Assembly: GCA_013265495.1 (NCBI GenBank)
Contig: MU058645.1
Span: 372,001-436,000 of the forward strand
Direction of reading: 5' to 3'
Length of the DNA: 64,000 nt
Source of the DNA: Vicugna vicugna
Taxonomy: Eukaryota
Below, piece after piece: positions 41,284 to 53,699 of the stretch. The notes beneath the pieces are model-generated. The model saw only the letters and a list, made by a program, of their open reading frames with translations, searched no databases and had not been told where the DNA came from. Within the stretch, counting starts at the first letter, position 1. Each line of letters begins with the position of its first letter. Position numbers and translations under genes: made by a program.

Positions 41284-42389
41284 CTGAATATGCAGGGAAA
41301 TTGAATGTAGCCAGTTGTGCAGGTACAGTGAACCATAAAAGGCATAATCAAGCTGCTTAACATTTTTTTTTTTTGCTTTAGTGTGTCTCCAGCACCCTGG
41401 CACTACCAGCTGTTTGAGTTCTTGAGGACTGAAGCAGGGCCAGGATGCCATCTACAGTTCTGTGGCCCTCAGTCAGGAGCTTGAGTGCAGCATCCTCCCA
41501 TAGCATCAGAATCACCTCTTACAGGCTGATGGTCTGCAGGTCTTCTCGTGATTCTCCCTGCAACGCTATACTACCTGTCTCACCATGCTGAGTTGCCTTA
41601 AAGAGAAAACTGAATTACTAATCAATAGAAAGTAGCTAAGGCGTTACTATCCTTACTGCTTTCTGAGCATAATATTTTGTCAAGGACCAAGGAGGAAGAG
41701 AAAAAAATAAACAGCTGAACTTCTAGCTCTCCTCAGGGTGCTGAAATTCAACTGTATCAATTATAGAGCAAATGCCAGGAAGGGATGAGAATTTTTTTTA
41801 ATGAGCTCCTGATGTCTCAGCCAGGGGAAACTGACAATTTAAATAGAGTCAGTTTTGTGAGACAGCTAAGCTGGCAAAACACCTAAAAGGTTATCTACCA
41901 GGTTGTCAGCCAACACAGCTCCCCCAGACGGCTGGGCATAGCAGGAGAAGCCCCACTGGCCTCGAGAGGGCTGTCGCAGGGTTGGCCTCTTACAGCTCCC
42001 CCTGCAGCTCCCCAGAGGCTGAACATCTTAAATAAACTAATGTTGAAAACTACTGAACTCAGTGCCTGGCACGTAGCATGCAATCAGCATTAGCTGTGGT
42101 TATTACTAACTCAAGAAGCTAGCAACATAGACCAGGTCATCTGAAAAATAAGAATAACAACATTTAGTCATAAGCCCAGGTTTTGAGCCACGTAGTTGTC
42201 AGAACAGGGCATGGTGACTCTTTGTGGAATGTGAACAGTTATTTCACTTCTAAACAAAATTGTATTCCCTTTTTTTTTGATCATAAAAGTAGCAATAAAC
42301 TCCCCTTGCAGTTCAGAGCACGAGTATTTTACGCTTTCTGTAGTAGGCTGCAGAAATGGCCAGAGTAAGTCCCCTTCCTGCACCTGTGC

Positions 42390-42762
42390 CCTTTGTACTG
42401 TGCATCAGGCCCTCTCCCTCCCACGTCAAGTGCAGTGTCTTCTCCCAGCCTTAGTCCGGCCTGGTTGCAGTATTTCTGAGATTCATCCTTAAGAGGCTTG
42501 TATGCTTCACTTCCTCCCTGGGAAACTCGCTTCTGCCAAGTGAGCAGGCTCCTCTGACCTGCCGAGGACATGAGCTCAGCTTTCCTAGCTGAGGAAGACC
42601 TGTGCCGGCCAACCTGCCAGTTAACCCTGCACACTTGGAAGAGTTCTAGGCTAGAAGAAGCACCCAGCTGAGTCCAGCCCAGTCCTGTAAGCTAAAGAAA
42701 TGCTCATCTGCTTAAACCGCTAAGCTTTAGGATGGTCTGTTCTCCAATATGTGCTAACTGAT
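42390..42762 (+). mobile_element. MaLR LTR fragment (MLT1)
   Basis: CCCAGCTGAGTCCAGCCC...CTTAAACCGCTAAGCTTTAGGATGGTCTGTT...GCTAACTGAT, the MLT1 3' end. Confidence 0.7.
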
Positions 42763-43271
42763 GTGTTCTCAGATTGAAAAAGGCAGTAAAACCGAGGTCA
42801 CCTTCCACAGCAGGCTAGTCTGACGATGAGCCAGCACCTTCCATATTCAGTGACAGATCAGGGCTACTAGACGCTGGCCAAGAATTGTCTCTTAATTTTA
42901 AAGGGACCCAAAAGCACATTTTGTTATTGATCTAGGTGTGTCAATTACTAGACTAGAGACAAAGAAGTTCTGAGAATGTTGGGTAGAGAAGCTGCAGATT
43001 TTTCCACTCAAAAGACTTGGGTTTTCTCAGACATACTTCAAATTACTGTCATAGCTTGACAAGAACAGTGACACTGAAAATAGTAACAAAAGAGGACACT
43101 AGGTTCATTGATTTGTAAAACTAAGACTTTTTGCATTTCTCAGTGTGCATTCCTTCCCCTTCAGAGGCACTAGGGATAAAATGAAGAATCAAATTAATAG
43201 GAAAACACAATACAGTTCTGCTTATTTAGTGATGTTTCTACTTTTATAGAATTTAACTCTAGGCATAGAGG

Positions 43272-43812
43272 GTATTCATTTGTTGAGGCTGTGTAACAAA
43301 GCACCCCAGGTCCCTGGGAGCAAAGCCTGAAGCCGTGTGCTCCCCACCGTCCACTGCACATGGTGAGGTGTCACTCCAGGACCTTGCTTCAGACATGTAA
43401 GCTCTCCCCACTCATTAAATCACTGATGTCTCAAAACAAACACACAAACAAACAAAACAAAAAACATTGCACCACAGACTAGGGGACTTAAACAACAGAC
43501 ATTCATTTTCTTGCAGTTCTGAAGAATAGAATTCCAAGACCAAGGTGTCAGCAGGGTCGGTTCCCTCTAGGGCCTCTCTCCTTGGCTTGTAGCCAGCTGT
43601 CTTCTGCCTGGGTCTTCACATCACACTCCATCTGTAAGTGTCTGTGTTCAAATTTCTTTTTCTAATGTAGACACCAGCACTGTTGGATGAGAGCCCATCC
43701 TAACGACCTCACTTTAAATTACTACCTCGTTAAAGACTCTGTCTCCAAAACCGTCACATCCAGAGATACTGAAAGTGGAACTTCAACACGTCACTTCCGA
43801 GGGGCACAGGGC
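43272..43812 (-). mobile_element. MaLR LTR (MLT1A/C-like) interrupted by a polyadenylated retroposed insert at 43306-43462
   Basis: GGCTGTGTAACAAAGCACC // CACAGACTAGGGGACTTAAACAACAGACATT...CAAGGTGTCAGCAGGG. Confidence 0.85.
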
Positions 43813-44049
43813 AAACTGACAAAGTAAATACGAAATGCAGAGCAAAACATGCTAAACAGAGTGAAGTGGTTTACAACCCCACAGGTTGAAACTATCGATG
43901 ATTTTAGGTTCTAAGACAGGTAATTTCAATACACGTTCTTTGTTCCACAAAGCAGAATACAATGACTCTTATTTTCCACATAAGACAAGAGAAAATAAAC
44001 TCTGCAAGGACTTAAATAGACTTAGTAAAGAAGAATACGGTATCTTTTT

Positions 44050-45245
44050 AAAATTTTTTGTATTTTTAAAATAAGTTCTATTTCGGTGTAATTTGCATAC
44101 ATTAAAATGTACCCATTCAAAACGTACAGTTTTATGACTCTTGAGTACACTGTACACCAGTGTGACTACCGCCACAATCAAGATACAGAACATCCCCATC
44201 ATCGCAGAAGTCCCCGCGTGCTCCTTGGGGATCAGTCCCCTCCCGCCTGGTGCCAAGAAACCACTGACCTAAGATTGCTTGCTCTAGACTTTCATGTAAA
44301 TGGAATCACACAGTGTGTGTTCTTTTGTGACGTGTCTACTCAAGCAGTTTGCTGCTTTTCTTTTTAATGGTGCTGTTGCAGGGAATTGTGACAGTTATTT
44401 ACATGTCTAAGCCCTTTGCAAGACGCATGTACTGTGAGTATTTCCCCCCAGTCTGTGACTTGCCTTTTTCATTTTCTTAAAAGTGTTTTTTGAAGAACAG
44501 GCGTTTTTAATGTTTATTAAGTTCCGTGTCTCAACTTCCTCTTTTATGGTTGTTTGTTTCCCTTCTAAATTATAAAGATTTTTCTCTTGTTATTTCTTCT
44601 AGAAGTTACATAGCTTTTATTTTTCATAGTTAGATCTATGACCCATTTTCAGTAACTTTTGTGAAAAGTATGAAGCTTTATGGGTCTATAGTTGTCCCAG
44701 TCCCATTGTTGAGAGAACTGTCTTTTCCCCATTGAATTACCTTGACACCTTTGTGAAAAAAATCAATGATCATATCTGTGTGGGTCTATTTCTGGGCTCT
44801 CTACTCTCTTCTACAGACCCACATGTCTCTCTCTATACCAACACTGCACTATCTGAATTATTGCAGTTTTATAGTAAGCCTTAAAATTTGGTAATGTAAG
44901 CCCTACAATTTAGGTTTTTTTTTTAATGTCTTTTAGCAATTCTAGGTCCTTTGTGTTTTCATATATGTATTAGATCAGCATGATTTTAGAATCAATTTCT
45001 GTGAATAAGAAATCCCTGACAGCATTTTGTTTGAGGTTATGTTGAACCTTTAGATCGGTTTGGGGAGCGCTGACATTGTAAGAATATCAAGTCCTCTCAT
45101 CTATGATCGTGGTGTCTCTTTTCATTTAATTAGAACTACTTTAATTTCCTCAGCAATATTTTGTGGTTTTCCATGCGTGGATCTCACATGTTAGCATATT
45201 TGTTTCATTAATCTCTGAGTATTTTATGTTTTAGGATTATTAAGC
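44050..45245 (-). mobile_element. LINE-1 (L1MB-like) 3' end plus ORF2 fragments
   Basis: Antisense L1 text, e.g. CCCATTGAATTACCTTGACACCTTTG and GTGGGTCTATTTCTGGGCTCTCT. Confidence 0.88.
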
Positions 45246-47079
45246 AGCTTAAATGTCTTTGCTTGTTTTTCAACAGAGAAATCTGACTTAAAAACCTAGG
45301 ACAAAGGCAAACAAATCATGTCTATGCAGTTGGCAGGCTGGACTCTGTGTAGCTGGCATTGTTCAAGCTGCACTAGGCTGGGGTACCAAGATATCTGGTC
45401 TACCTCTTATGGGGACCTAAGGTAAATCATAGATATTCTAGTTAGCACTGTCAGTCAGTTCGCTCATATTTATACTTGTGGAGACCTTACTATCTCTCAG
45501 GTGGTTATTTTACTTAAATAAATAAGACACAGGCTGGCCCTTGAAGAGCTTTAGGACCAGCGGAGAAGACACAGACATTAAAAACAGCACAGAGACGAGT
45601 AAATAACGTGCTATGGGGTAGATCAGACATGGTTGTGGATTCCTCACCACTCCTCTGATCAATAAGGGGAAATCTACCCCCCGCCATTGGCTCTGAGAGG
45701 CTCAGGGAGCCTGGCCAGCAGTGATGTCACTCTGTCAGTTTCCAGGTTTAAATCCCCAGAGGAAGGTAACCCCCACTTCTGCCCCTTGGTCACTGCTGTT
45801 GGAACCCGGCTGTCATGCCGCAGCACAACACAAGGAAAGCCATGGAGAGAGACATTTGGAGAAAGAAACACAAGACTTGTGAGGAAGCCTCAGCTGAGAT
45901 TCCAGCCACCAGCCCGCGACCACCTGCCAGCCGTGTGGGCGAGGCGACCCTGGAAACGCGTTCCACGCTGCAGAGTAGAGACAACTTTCCTGCTGAGCTC
46001 TGTCCGAATCACAGAGCGTGGGCAAAGTAAATGACGCTATTGTTTTAACCCACACATTTTTGGCGAATAAATAACTAGGGCAGCTATACATTTCTATGAA
46101 GGAAATACTCTGGAACCATGAGAGCAAATAATAGGGGGCATCTGACCTCTGAACATCTCTGAAGTTTTAACAAAAATGACCCTTATAAAGCAATAGGTAT
46201 ATATACACACATACACATATATGTATAATTTACTCTATTGAAAATAAAGACTCAGATTACAACACTATTAAGTAGACATTTGGAAAAATGTGTTTTTTGA
46301 TAAATCAGAAATATTTGGGAATGTCTACATAAATCTAGATTGTTAGTTTGTTTTTCAAATACTTTTATACTCAGCCTTGTCCACTTTTTTTTTGGATCCA
46401 TAACATCCTTAGGATATTATGGACTTTTATAGGTATAAATTTCCTGTTGCTGTATCTTATTTGTAAACAATAACTTTTTATTTTATACCTACACTTGTCT
46501 TGTTAAATTTTGTGGGGTTTTTTTTAAATGGCATTTCCATGGTCCATCTTCTCCCAGTCCTTTTCCCAAGAGTTTATCTCTTGAAAGCAACCTGTTGTTG
46601 GACATTAATTTTTGTAAACTGATCGTCTTTATCTTTTCATAGACTGATTTATTCTTTTGCTCTTGTTCTGATTAATACATTTGGTTTTGTGTTTTCCTCT
46701 GTCTCATTAAATAGGTAAGAGGTGTCCAGTTTTTCTTTTATTTCAAATAATCTCAGAAGAACTAGAAATGGTACATAACAACCTTTTAAGAGTCTATGAT
46801 ACAAATTGCCATAGAAAATTGACTTAAGAACTGACGTGGATTTCCTATTAATCTCTAACTGATGTTTGTGAAGTTTTGTAGTTTAAAAAATGCTCTCATA
46901 AATATTGTCCCTTCTTTTATCATTTTATCTCCATCTTGCACTTGATGATTTCAAGCTTTCAAGAGATTTGTTGACCTGTTAAAGTCACACAGCCAGTGGT
47001 AGTGAAGTGGAGAACCAAACGCTCTGTGAGGTTTTTTGTTTGTTTGTTTGTTTGTTTGTTTGTTTTTTAAAGAAAAGCC

Positions 47080-49330
47080 AGAACACGCCCCTCTTTCCAC
47101 GCTGTCTCCAGCCCTGCTGCCCCTGTGCTAGTGGCGCTCTCCCTCGGCGCACGCGGGGCCCCCGGTCCTTGGCTACGATCTCAGCCCGTGGGGAAGGAGC
47201 GACTTCAGCTCATCCCCCGCCTGGCTCGGCCGCTCACTCTCTCCCCCGCCTCAGAGTGGCTGCTGCCCCCAGAGAACGTCTTCTCCTGGGCTCCCGAGGG
47301 CCCTACGGTGTCTTCGAGCTCAGGTTCTAACTGTGTGCGTGGGTGCCTGTCCAGGCCCTTCCTGGGACCAGGTAAGCCGGTCTGTGTGGGGCGTGAGTCT
47401 AACGCAAGAATACTGCCGGCCTCCAAGTGCGATCACTTCCTCCGTGGTCAGGTTTGAAAGTGATAAAGGCAATGTTCTGTTCTCCAGACCACCTAACTCC
47501 TTGGTTCAGCTTTCGGGCAGAAAACAGGTGTGTTATTTGAGGGGGACCCTCTTGAACCGTGAGGTGATGTTGGAAATAATCTGAATCCTCAAATGTAAAT
47601 TTTGTGCAGTAAATGGCTCACAGTAACCTGGGGCGCCGGTACCACGGCTGTCGGGTCTGCAGTCTCGGACGCTGGCTCTGGGGAGGTTTTCTCCACTGGT
47701 TCAGAAGTAGGTCAGCAAGAGCTCACAGTGACCGAAATAATTTGAGGAGAGGAAGATTACATTTAAAAATAATCTTTAAAACAAAGGCAATCCATTAAGT
47801 CGGCTAAGCCATTTAAGGAAGCGCTTGGCGGATGAGACGTAACACCAGGGTAGGAATACTCCGTAATGCCATCATCTCAACTTCTGTTTCAGGTCAGAAT
47901 TTAAAAGTACAGAGCTCTCTGCAAGCGAAATGTATACATTTCAAAGGCAAAACACACTGCTGCCTTGTCTTCCAGAACTCTACGTGCTTGCCACATTCCC
48001 TCTCTTAGAGAATACATCCTCTGTGCTCAGGGTTCATGTCCGTACTTCGTGCTGCTCTGCAGTCGGTCCCAGCCGTTGCCGCCGGCTGCGTGTCTGTGGA
48101 AGGCGAGCACTTGCGCCTTGCGGCCCCGCGCGGGGATGCGGGGACACCAGACTGCGTGAGTGTGCGGACTTCGCAGTCTGGTGGCGGAGGAGGGGCTTCC
48201 ATTCCCTTCCCCGCAGAGGAGGGCGCAGGGGGCACTGGAGCCAAGCCCCGAAGAGCAGGCGAGAGGACGCGAGGGCAGAGCTGGACGGAGCCCGAGGGAA
48301 AGCCCCTAGGTGAGAATGAACAACATCAATACGAGTCTGCAGAAGTTCCCCCCGGTTTCCAATGCGACACAGCAAGCTGCGACAGAGGCTCTCGGTGCAC
48401 GGAAGGGCTGCCCGAGCCGGGCGCGTGAGGCTGTGACGGGAACAGCGCAGGTGCGCTTGCGCGGAGCGCGGTGTCCGCGAGGGCCCGCGGAGGCCGGTAA
48501 GCGCCAAGCCAAGAGGCTCGGGCTGCGTGTCCTTCACGCAAGGAGCGCGCCACTGGGGGTCTTCGGGCAGAGCTGTGGACAAGAATCCGTGTTTTTCCCG
48601 CAAAAATAAATTAAGCAGCGTGAGTGCATGCAAATACGTCCGAGGTGAGAGCCCACAGGCAAAGCTACCTGCTTCTCTCAGGCCGTCGGCGCGGGTGCGG
48701 AATACTTCAGTGGCATCGGATTGATGAGAAGAGGCTGCAAGGGAGGGACGGTATAGAAGGAAGTAAAGAAGAGTGAACAGTGGACAAGAGACCGGGCACG
48801 AGGGAGGAGCTGGCGACGGGAGAAGGGAGATGTCCCCTCTCTGAACACATCACCAATGACTCACCTTCTCCCTCCTCAGCCCATGACTCACACAAACGCG
48901 CGAACAGTGGAAGAAGCAGCTCTGAATGTTCTTCCTAAATTAATTAAATAGCACTTTGGTCCCCAGTTTCAGGAGGCCCAAGGCTACTTGGCATCGTAAC
49001 AGTTTGCAGAGGGGACGAAGCGCAGCGCCCTCCTGGGGAGCCGCAGTCACCTGCCGGCCCGGCGTGCAGCCCTCTCGGCAAGGGCTTGCCCGCAGGCCCG
49101 CCCTTTCCGCTTCAGTCTGTGTTTAAACAGAGCCAGCAAGAGAGTCAGGACACGCGCCGCACTGCCAGCTTCCCGGAGGAAGCGTCACGTGCTCTTTCGA
49201 GGTGTCCCCTGCTACCAGGTGCCTTCGGGTCAGACCCGCGTGGAGGAGGGACTCTGATCGAGTCCTAGTGCCGCGCCTCTCTGTGCAGATTTGTCGGGCA
49301 CATTTACCACTTGATAAAGCTGCCAGTTCA
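47080..49330. promoter_or_regulatory. CpG/GC-rich domain (patches at ~47.1-47.45, 48.05-48.72 and 49.0-49.3 kb); orphan CpG-island-like
   Basis: Dense CpG and high GC compared with the flanks. Overlaps the fossil TM exon. Confidence 0.6.
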
Positions 49331-49340
49331 TTTGTCACCA
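49051..49340 (-). pseudogene. Fossil exon: membrane-proximal EGF + transmembrane segment + basic stop-transfer
   Basis: Acceptor tttgcctctcag, donor AG|gtgact. Reads NELAALSSGKCARQIC...AGDTSKEH (cf. C...C ... GY.GD.C.E), then after a frameshift AARVLTLLLALFKHRLKRKGR. Confidence 0.62.
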
Positions 49341-50139
49341 CTGAGAGGCAAATGAGCTCATTATTTGTTTTCCAAAGTAGGCCAAACAAACTGCAACAAA
49401 CAGCCATAGCACACGGACGGAATGCTAACCTAACCACTGCAAGTATTTTTCCTGTTTTAATGAAAAAGAGCATCCGAGTAAAGGAACCTCCTGCAACTGT
49501 GCCACGAGAAAGCAAAGTGAAGACCACAAGCCTGAAGCTGGCTGTCCAGCGCGAGAACCCGCTTCCCGTCTGCTCATTCTGGCCACTGATTTCCATTTTT
49601 CTCGATTCCCAACAGTGAATAATGGTAATCATTACTATTAATAACTGTGCGAGGTTAAAAAAAAGCTATTATTATTAACGAGCTCACAGAGCATAACCCT
49701 TGAGATCCAAAGAGGTTAAGTAACTGACAACTCAAAGACTGTGGCACATTCTCTGATTTATTTTTTAAAAAACTGAAAGTTGGTGTTTAAATTTCTCCAT
49801 CCTTTTGTCAGCTCACATCCCTTGTTACTTTCCTCCACGTTTCTAAAGACTCCTCACAAAAAAGAAAATTGCATTAGCTGCGTTTCCAAGAAAGCATGGA
49901 GGAAGTGACTCCGAAGTCCCCTTCATTTTGCTGTGACATTGGACTTGACGTCTGGAGGCAGCGTGCAGGTGCGGACCTAGAACAGTCTTGTTCTGAGCAC
50001 CAGAGAATGTGAGGACGCATTACTTATGTCACAGACACCCTCCCTGAGTTCCTCTGAGGGCAGAATCATTCTGATAATAGCATGGGTGGTCCTTTTATCT
50101 TTGAAGGGACTGGCATAAAATCTGCAATTTATTAAAAAA

Positions 50140-50413
50140 GGAGAAGAAGAAGAAGAAGGAGAAGAAGAAGGAGAAGAAGAAGGAGAAGAAGAAGAAGAAG
50201 AAGCTGAAGAAGAAGAAATACTTACAATGAACGAGGCACAGTGCCAAGAAGAAGAAGAAGAAGAAGAAGAAGAAGAAAGAAGAAAGAAGAAGAAGAAGAA
50301 GAAGAAGAAGAAGAAGAAGAAGAAGAAGAAGAAGAAGAAGAAAGAAGAAAGAAGAAGAAGAAGAAGAAGAAGAAGAAGAAGAAGAAGAAGAAGAAGAAGA
50401 AGAAGAAGAAGAA
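50140..50413. repeat. (GAA)n purine tract, interrupted by a 30-bp duplicated unique segment
   Basis: Directly visible. Confidence 0.97.
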
Positions 50414-50421
50414 ATACTTAC

Positions 50422-50565
50422 AATGACCGAGGCACAGTGCCCAGTGGGAAAAGCACACCCCGTCCCACCAGAAGAAGACTTTCTGCACATGGGCCAGTGC
50501 TGTCTTTCTCTCTCCATTCAAGTGACGGAGGAGAATGATCCATGCTTTTGAAGAGCTTCATGGTA
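50422..50565 (-). pseudogene. Fossil exon (144 nt, frame-preserving): linker or decayed Cys-rich module
   Basis: Strong acceptor catttttgttcccag and donor |gtaagt. The length is a multiple of 3 and phase-compatible with both neighbouring exons. There is an in-frame TGA in the phase-1 frame. Confidence 0.55.
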
Positions 50566-51224
50566 CTGGGAACAAAAATGTTTTTAAAAGAAGCATTTTT
50601 TTTATAAAGGAAAATAAGGTTCGCCTTTGAATAACATTTTGGGATTTTTAACCCTCTCTTGGATGGGGATGAGGGGACAGGGTGTGAAAGACAAAGAAAA
50701 TGGAGAGTTTTTCCTGATTTAGGCAATGATGAATTGATATTTTTGTTAGCAATGAAAATATTAAAATCTTTTTGTTTTCTTTCTAGTGCTGAACATTTAA
50801 TAGAAATTTATGTTATTTGTGTGTCCATAATTTTCTCATCTCCATAGCAAGCTCTTCTTCTTAAAATAGTTGACAATTTAGTTTATCTCAGACTTTTAGA
50901 ACAATTACTTTCCATCTTGCAAGCATGATAGGGATTAATGCATGACAATTCAACTAAAGCTTTGTTTTATCCCCAAGACTCATGAATCAAATAACAGAAT
51001 GACTTTCTGTGGCCGTTCTTCGTGCAGCAGAGAAGGATGAAAGGAGCATTTGGCTCACGGACAATCTATCTGGAAGCCTCCAGCCCTCAGCAGACAGCGC
51101 ACTCATCAGTAGGTGTCTGGACTCCAGTTGGGTGTGTGGGTGGCAGGCGCCGACACCTCACTTTGATGAAAGAGCCTGGCGCTGCCATTACCAAGGGTGA
51201 CGTTTTAATAGCAATCAGACATAC

Positions 51225-51324
51225 CACTCTTATCTGAAAAGTCACTCGGCAGCCATCAGCGGTGCATCACCTGCCTTGGGAGTACATATCAGACATCCTT
51301 TGTGCTGCAGCCAGTTATCCTTCC
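51225..51324 (-). pseudogene. Fossil exon: LDL-receptor class A repeat
   Basis: Acceptor acaattctag, donor G|gtatgt (phase 1-1, as usual for LDLa exons). Reads GKDNWL...LICTPKA...DG...SDFSDKS, cf. C..C.P....CDG..DC.D.SDE. Confidence 0.6.
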
Positions 51325-52199
51325 CTAGAATTGTGACCAAAATGCATGTTTTAGCATCTGGCGGCTGCTGACTTTGACCGAGCCTCTTGTCTGTTCTTAT
51401 CTTGTCATAGGAACAAATTTCAAGCTTGTATATGGCGACAGCCCTCATCAATCACGGGCCTGCTCACTGGCTTTCGGTGCATGACGTTGCGTGAGGATCC
51501 ACTCACAGAAGACTGGCTGGTGGGAGACGAAGCCACTCGGCAAGCAGAAGGAAAGAAAGGCTTTGCGGGGGAATACACACTTTTTGATGAAGCCGTCCAA
51601 CTCTTGTGAAGCAGAAGAAGGCATGGGGATTTGGCACTTGTTGCTGAAGTGGGTGACCCAGAATTTGGGAGAGGATCAGAAATGCAAAATCAGTTTATGA
51701 TGGCTAGACCAAGGTCAAAGCACTAAAAGTATACATTTAATTGACTTATTAGTGATAAATTCAGAGAATGAAGCAAGGAAAAGATGTAAGTATATTTGTT
51801 TTTCACTTGGAAAGGAATACAGATAATTTGGAATGGAAGCCAAATAGCAATTAAATTATCATGTCCTTCATAGAGAAGGCAAGAACATTTAAGTAAACAG
51901 GATATAAATAAAGCTGAAAAATCATGAGAAGTAAAATGAAGGAGAGTACGAATATCTAAAATCGTACCATCAACTGGAATTTCCTGAACACCTAGTAGGT
52001 TTAAAACATGACCCTAGGCCTCGACCAGGAAAAATAATGTGAGAGGAAAACACAGCTTCCTTCCAAAGTCACCGAGTCCCAGCTGTGCTCTTATCAGAGC
52101 GAGCAGGGAATGACATCGCCCCCGAACTCAGGTTCCCTCATGTCGTAGCTGAGAATGACGTTTAGCACTGGGGCTGTTGCGGGAATCAAAACAATCTAT

Positions 52200-52560
52200 T
52201 AATCATTTATTTTATTAACTTAATAAAAACTTACAGAGCTTCATCAGTGTATTTGGCTCTGTTCTAGGAATTCAGAATAACATGGTTAATAAAAGAGGCA
52301 AAACTCCCTGCCCTCAAAGGGCTTAAATTCTGGTAGAAAAGATGGACAGAAAACAACAGAAAGCAGTCCAATAAATGTGTTGTTGGCAGTGCATAGTGTT
52401 TAGTGCCGACATAAGCAGGTATCAGGAGATAGAAAATGTTGGGTAGGAGGAAATTTTATGTGGGGTAGCCGTGAAAAGCCTTACAGAAACTGAAATTCGG
52501 GTTAAAAAAAAAAAAAGACGGAGGGTGAATCATGCAGATATCTGGTGAAGAGTGTGGCAG
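52200..52560 (-). mobile_element. LINE-2 3' region
   Basis: CTCTGTTCTAGG...CAAAACTCCCTGCCCTCAAAGGGCTTAAATTCTGG...CATGCAGATATCTGG pattern. Confidence 0.75.
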
Positions 52561-52584
52561 GGCAATTAAAACAAAGGCTATGGA

Positions 52585-53025
52585 GATTGGATGAAGAAGT
52601 TGTGGTATATTTACACAATGGAATACTATTCAGCCATAAAAAAGAATAAAATAACGCCATTTGCAGCAACACGGATGGACCTGGAGATTGTCATACGAAG
52701 TGAAATAAGACAGAGAGAAAAGGAAAAGTACCATATGAGATCACTTGTATGTGGAATCTTAAAAAAAATTTAGACAAATGAACTTATTTACAAAACAGAA
52801 ACAGACTCAGACATGGAAAACAAAATTGTGGTGATCAGGGCAGGAAGGGGTGGTGTGGAAGGATAAATTGGGAGTCTGGGATTTGCAGATACTAACTACT
52901 ATCTATAAAAGAGATAAACAGCAAGATAAACAGCTACTGTATAGCACAGGGATCTATATTCAATACCTTGTAATAGTGTTCAATAAAAATAAAATAAAAT
53001 AAATAAAATAAATAAAATAAAATAA
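52585..53025 (+). mobile_element. 5'-truncated young LINE-1 3' end
   Basis: ORF 52591-52773 KKLWYIYTMEYYSAIKKNKITPFAATRMDLE is the L1 ORF2 C-terminus. It is followed by the 3'UTR and an (AAAAT/AAAT)n tail. Confidence 0.95.
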
Positions 53026-53112
53026 GGGACGTAGAGTTAAATTTCATTTCACATAAATAGTAAATAATTTAGTATAAAAATACCCCATGTGAAGATGGCA
53101 GAATATCTCACA

Positions 53113-53596
53113 TGAAGGTATGAGAATGCCACCCCAAAATATATCACTTTGACACAAGGGTTATCTTGAGCTAAAAGAACCTTAGAAACAGTAGATGGAA
53201 GCAGGGCATTCTAATCTCCCCTTTTCTTCCTAAAAACAGGAGGTAAAAACCTCCGTGGGAAGGATGCCCTCCCTGCCCTAGGAGAGAAGAAACAGTCTTC
53301 CATGGGGACTCCAAGCTGAGGGAATTCTGTACCTTGTTAAAACAATCCTTGTCTTCTTTTAGCCTTTCTGGGCATTTTAGTTACTTTCCCACAGTTGCCT
53401 CTCTGTTCAATCTGGCATAAAAGTATTTACACTTTGTCTCTCATTTTGATCTTCATTTCCTCTTGAAGGTTCCCGCGCCCATAAAAATTATATAAATGTG
53501 TTTGCTTTTCTCTTGTTAATCTGTGTTGTATCAGTTTAACTCGCAGACTCAGCCCTAACACTTAGGAAGGAAGAGGTGAGTGTTGGCCTTCCTGCA
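53113..53596 (+). mobile_element. Solo ERV1 LTR (MER34-like) splitting a MER53-like hAT element (53028-53090 and 53600-53690)
   Basis: TGAAGG...ATGCCACCCCAAAATAT...TTATCTTGAGCTAAAAG start and CA end. The flanks TTTTAGTATAAAAATACCCCATG // GACATACTTATGCTAAAAAAA...ATTTAACTGGATGCCTGTATT rejoin as a MER53-like element. Confidence 0.75.
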
Positions 53597-53699
53597 CATA
53601 CTTGCTTGAGACATACTTATGCTAAAAAAATGCGTTCATCATTGATGGAAAATTTAACTGGATGCCTGTATTCTGTTTGGTATCTGCATGTGGGATTTT

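Noticed and set aside
48300..48440. Cys-containing readings (PPGFQCDTASC on +; PCTESLC / CVALETGGNFC on -) resembling LDLa or EGF
   Set aside because: There are no convincing splice sites, and the EGF+TM position is better filled by 49051-49340. Likely chance in GC-rich DNA.
50095..50538. Poly-K/E/R and poly-S/F/L ORFs
   Set aside because: These are translations of the (GAA)n tract.
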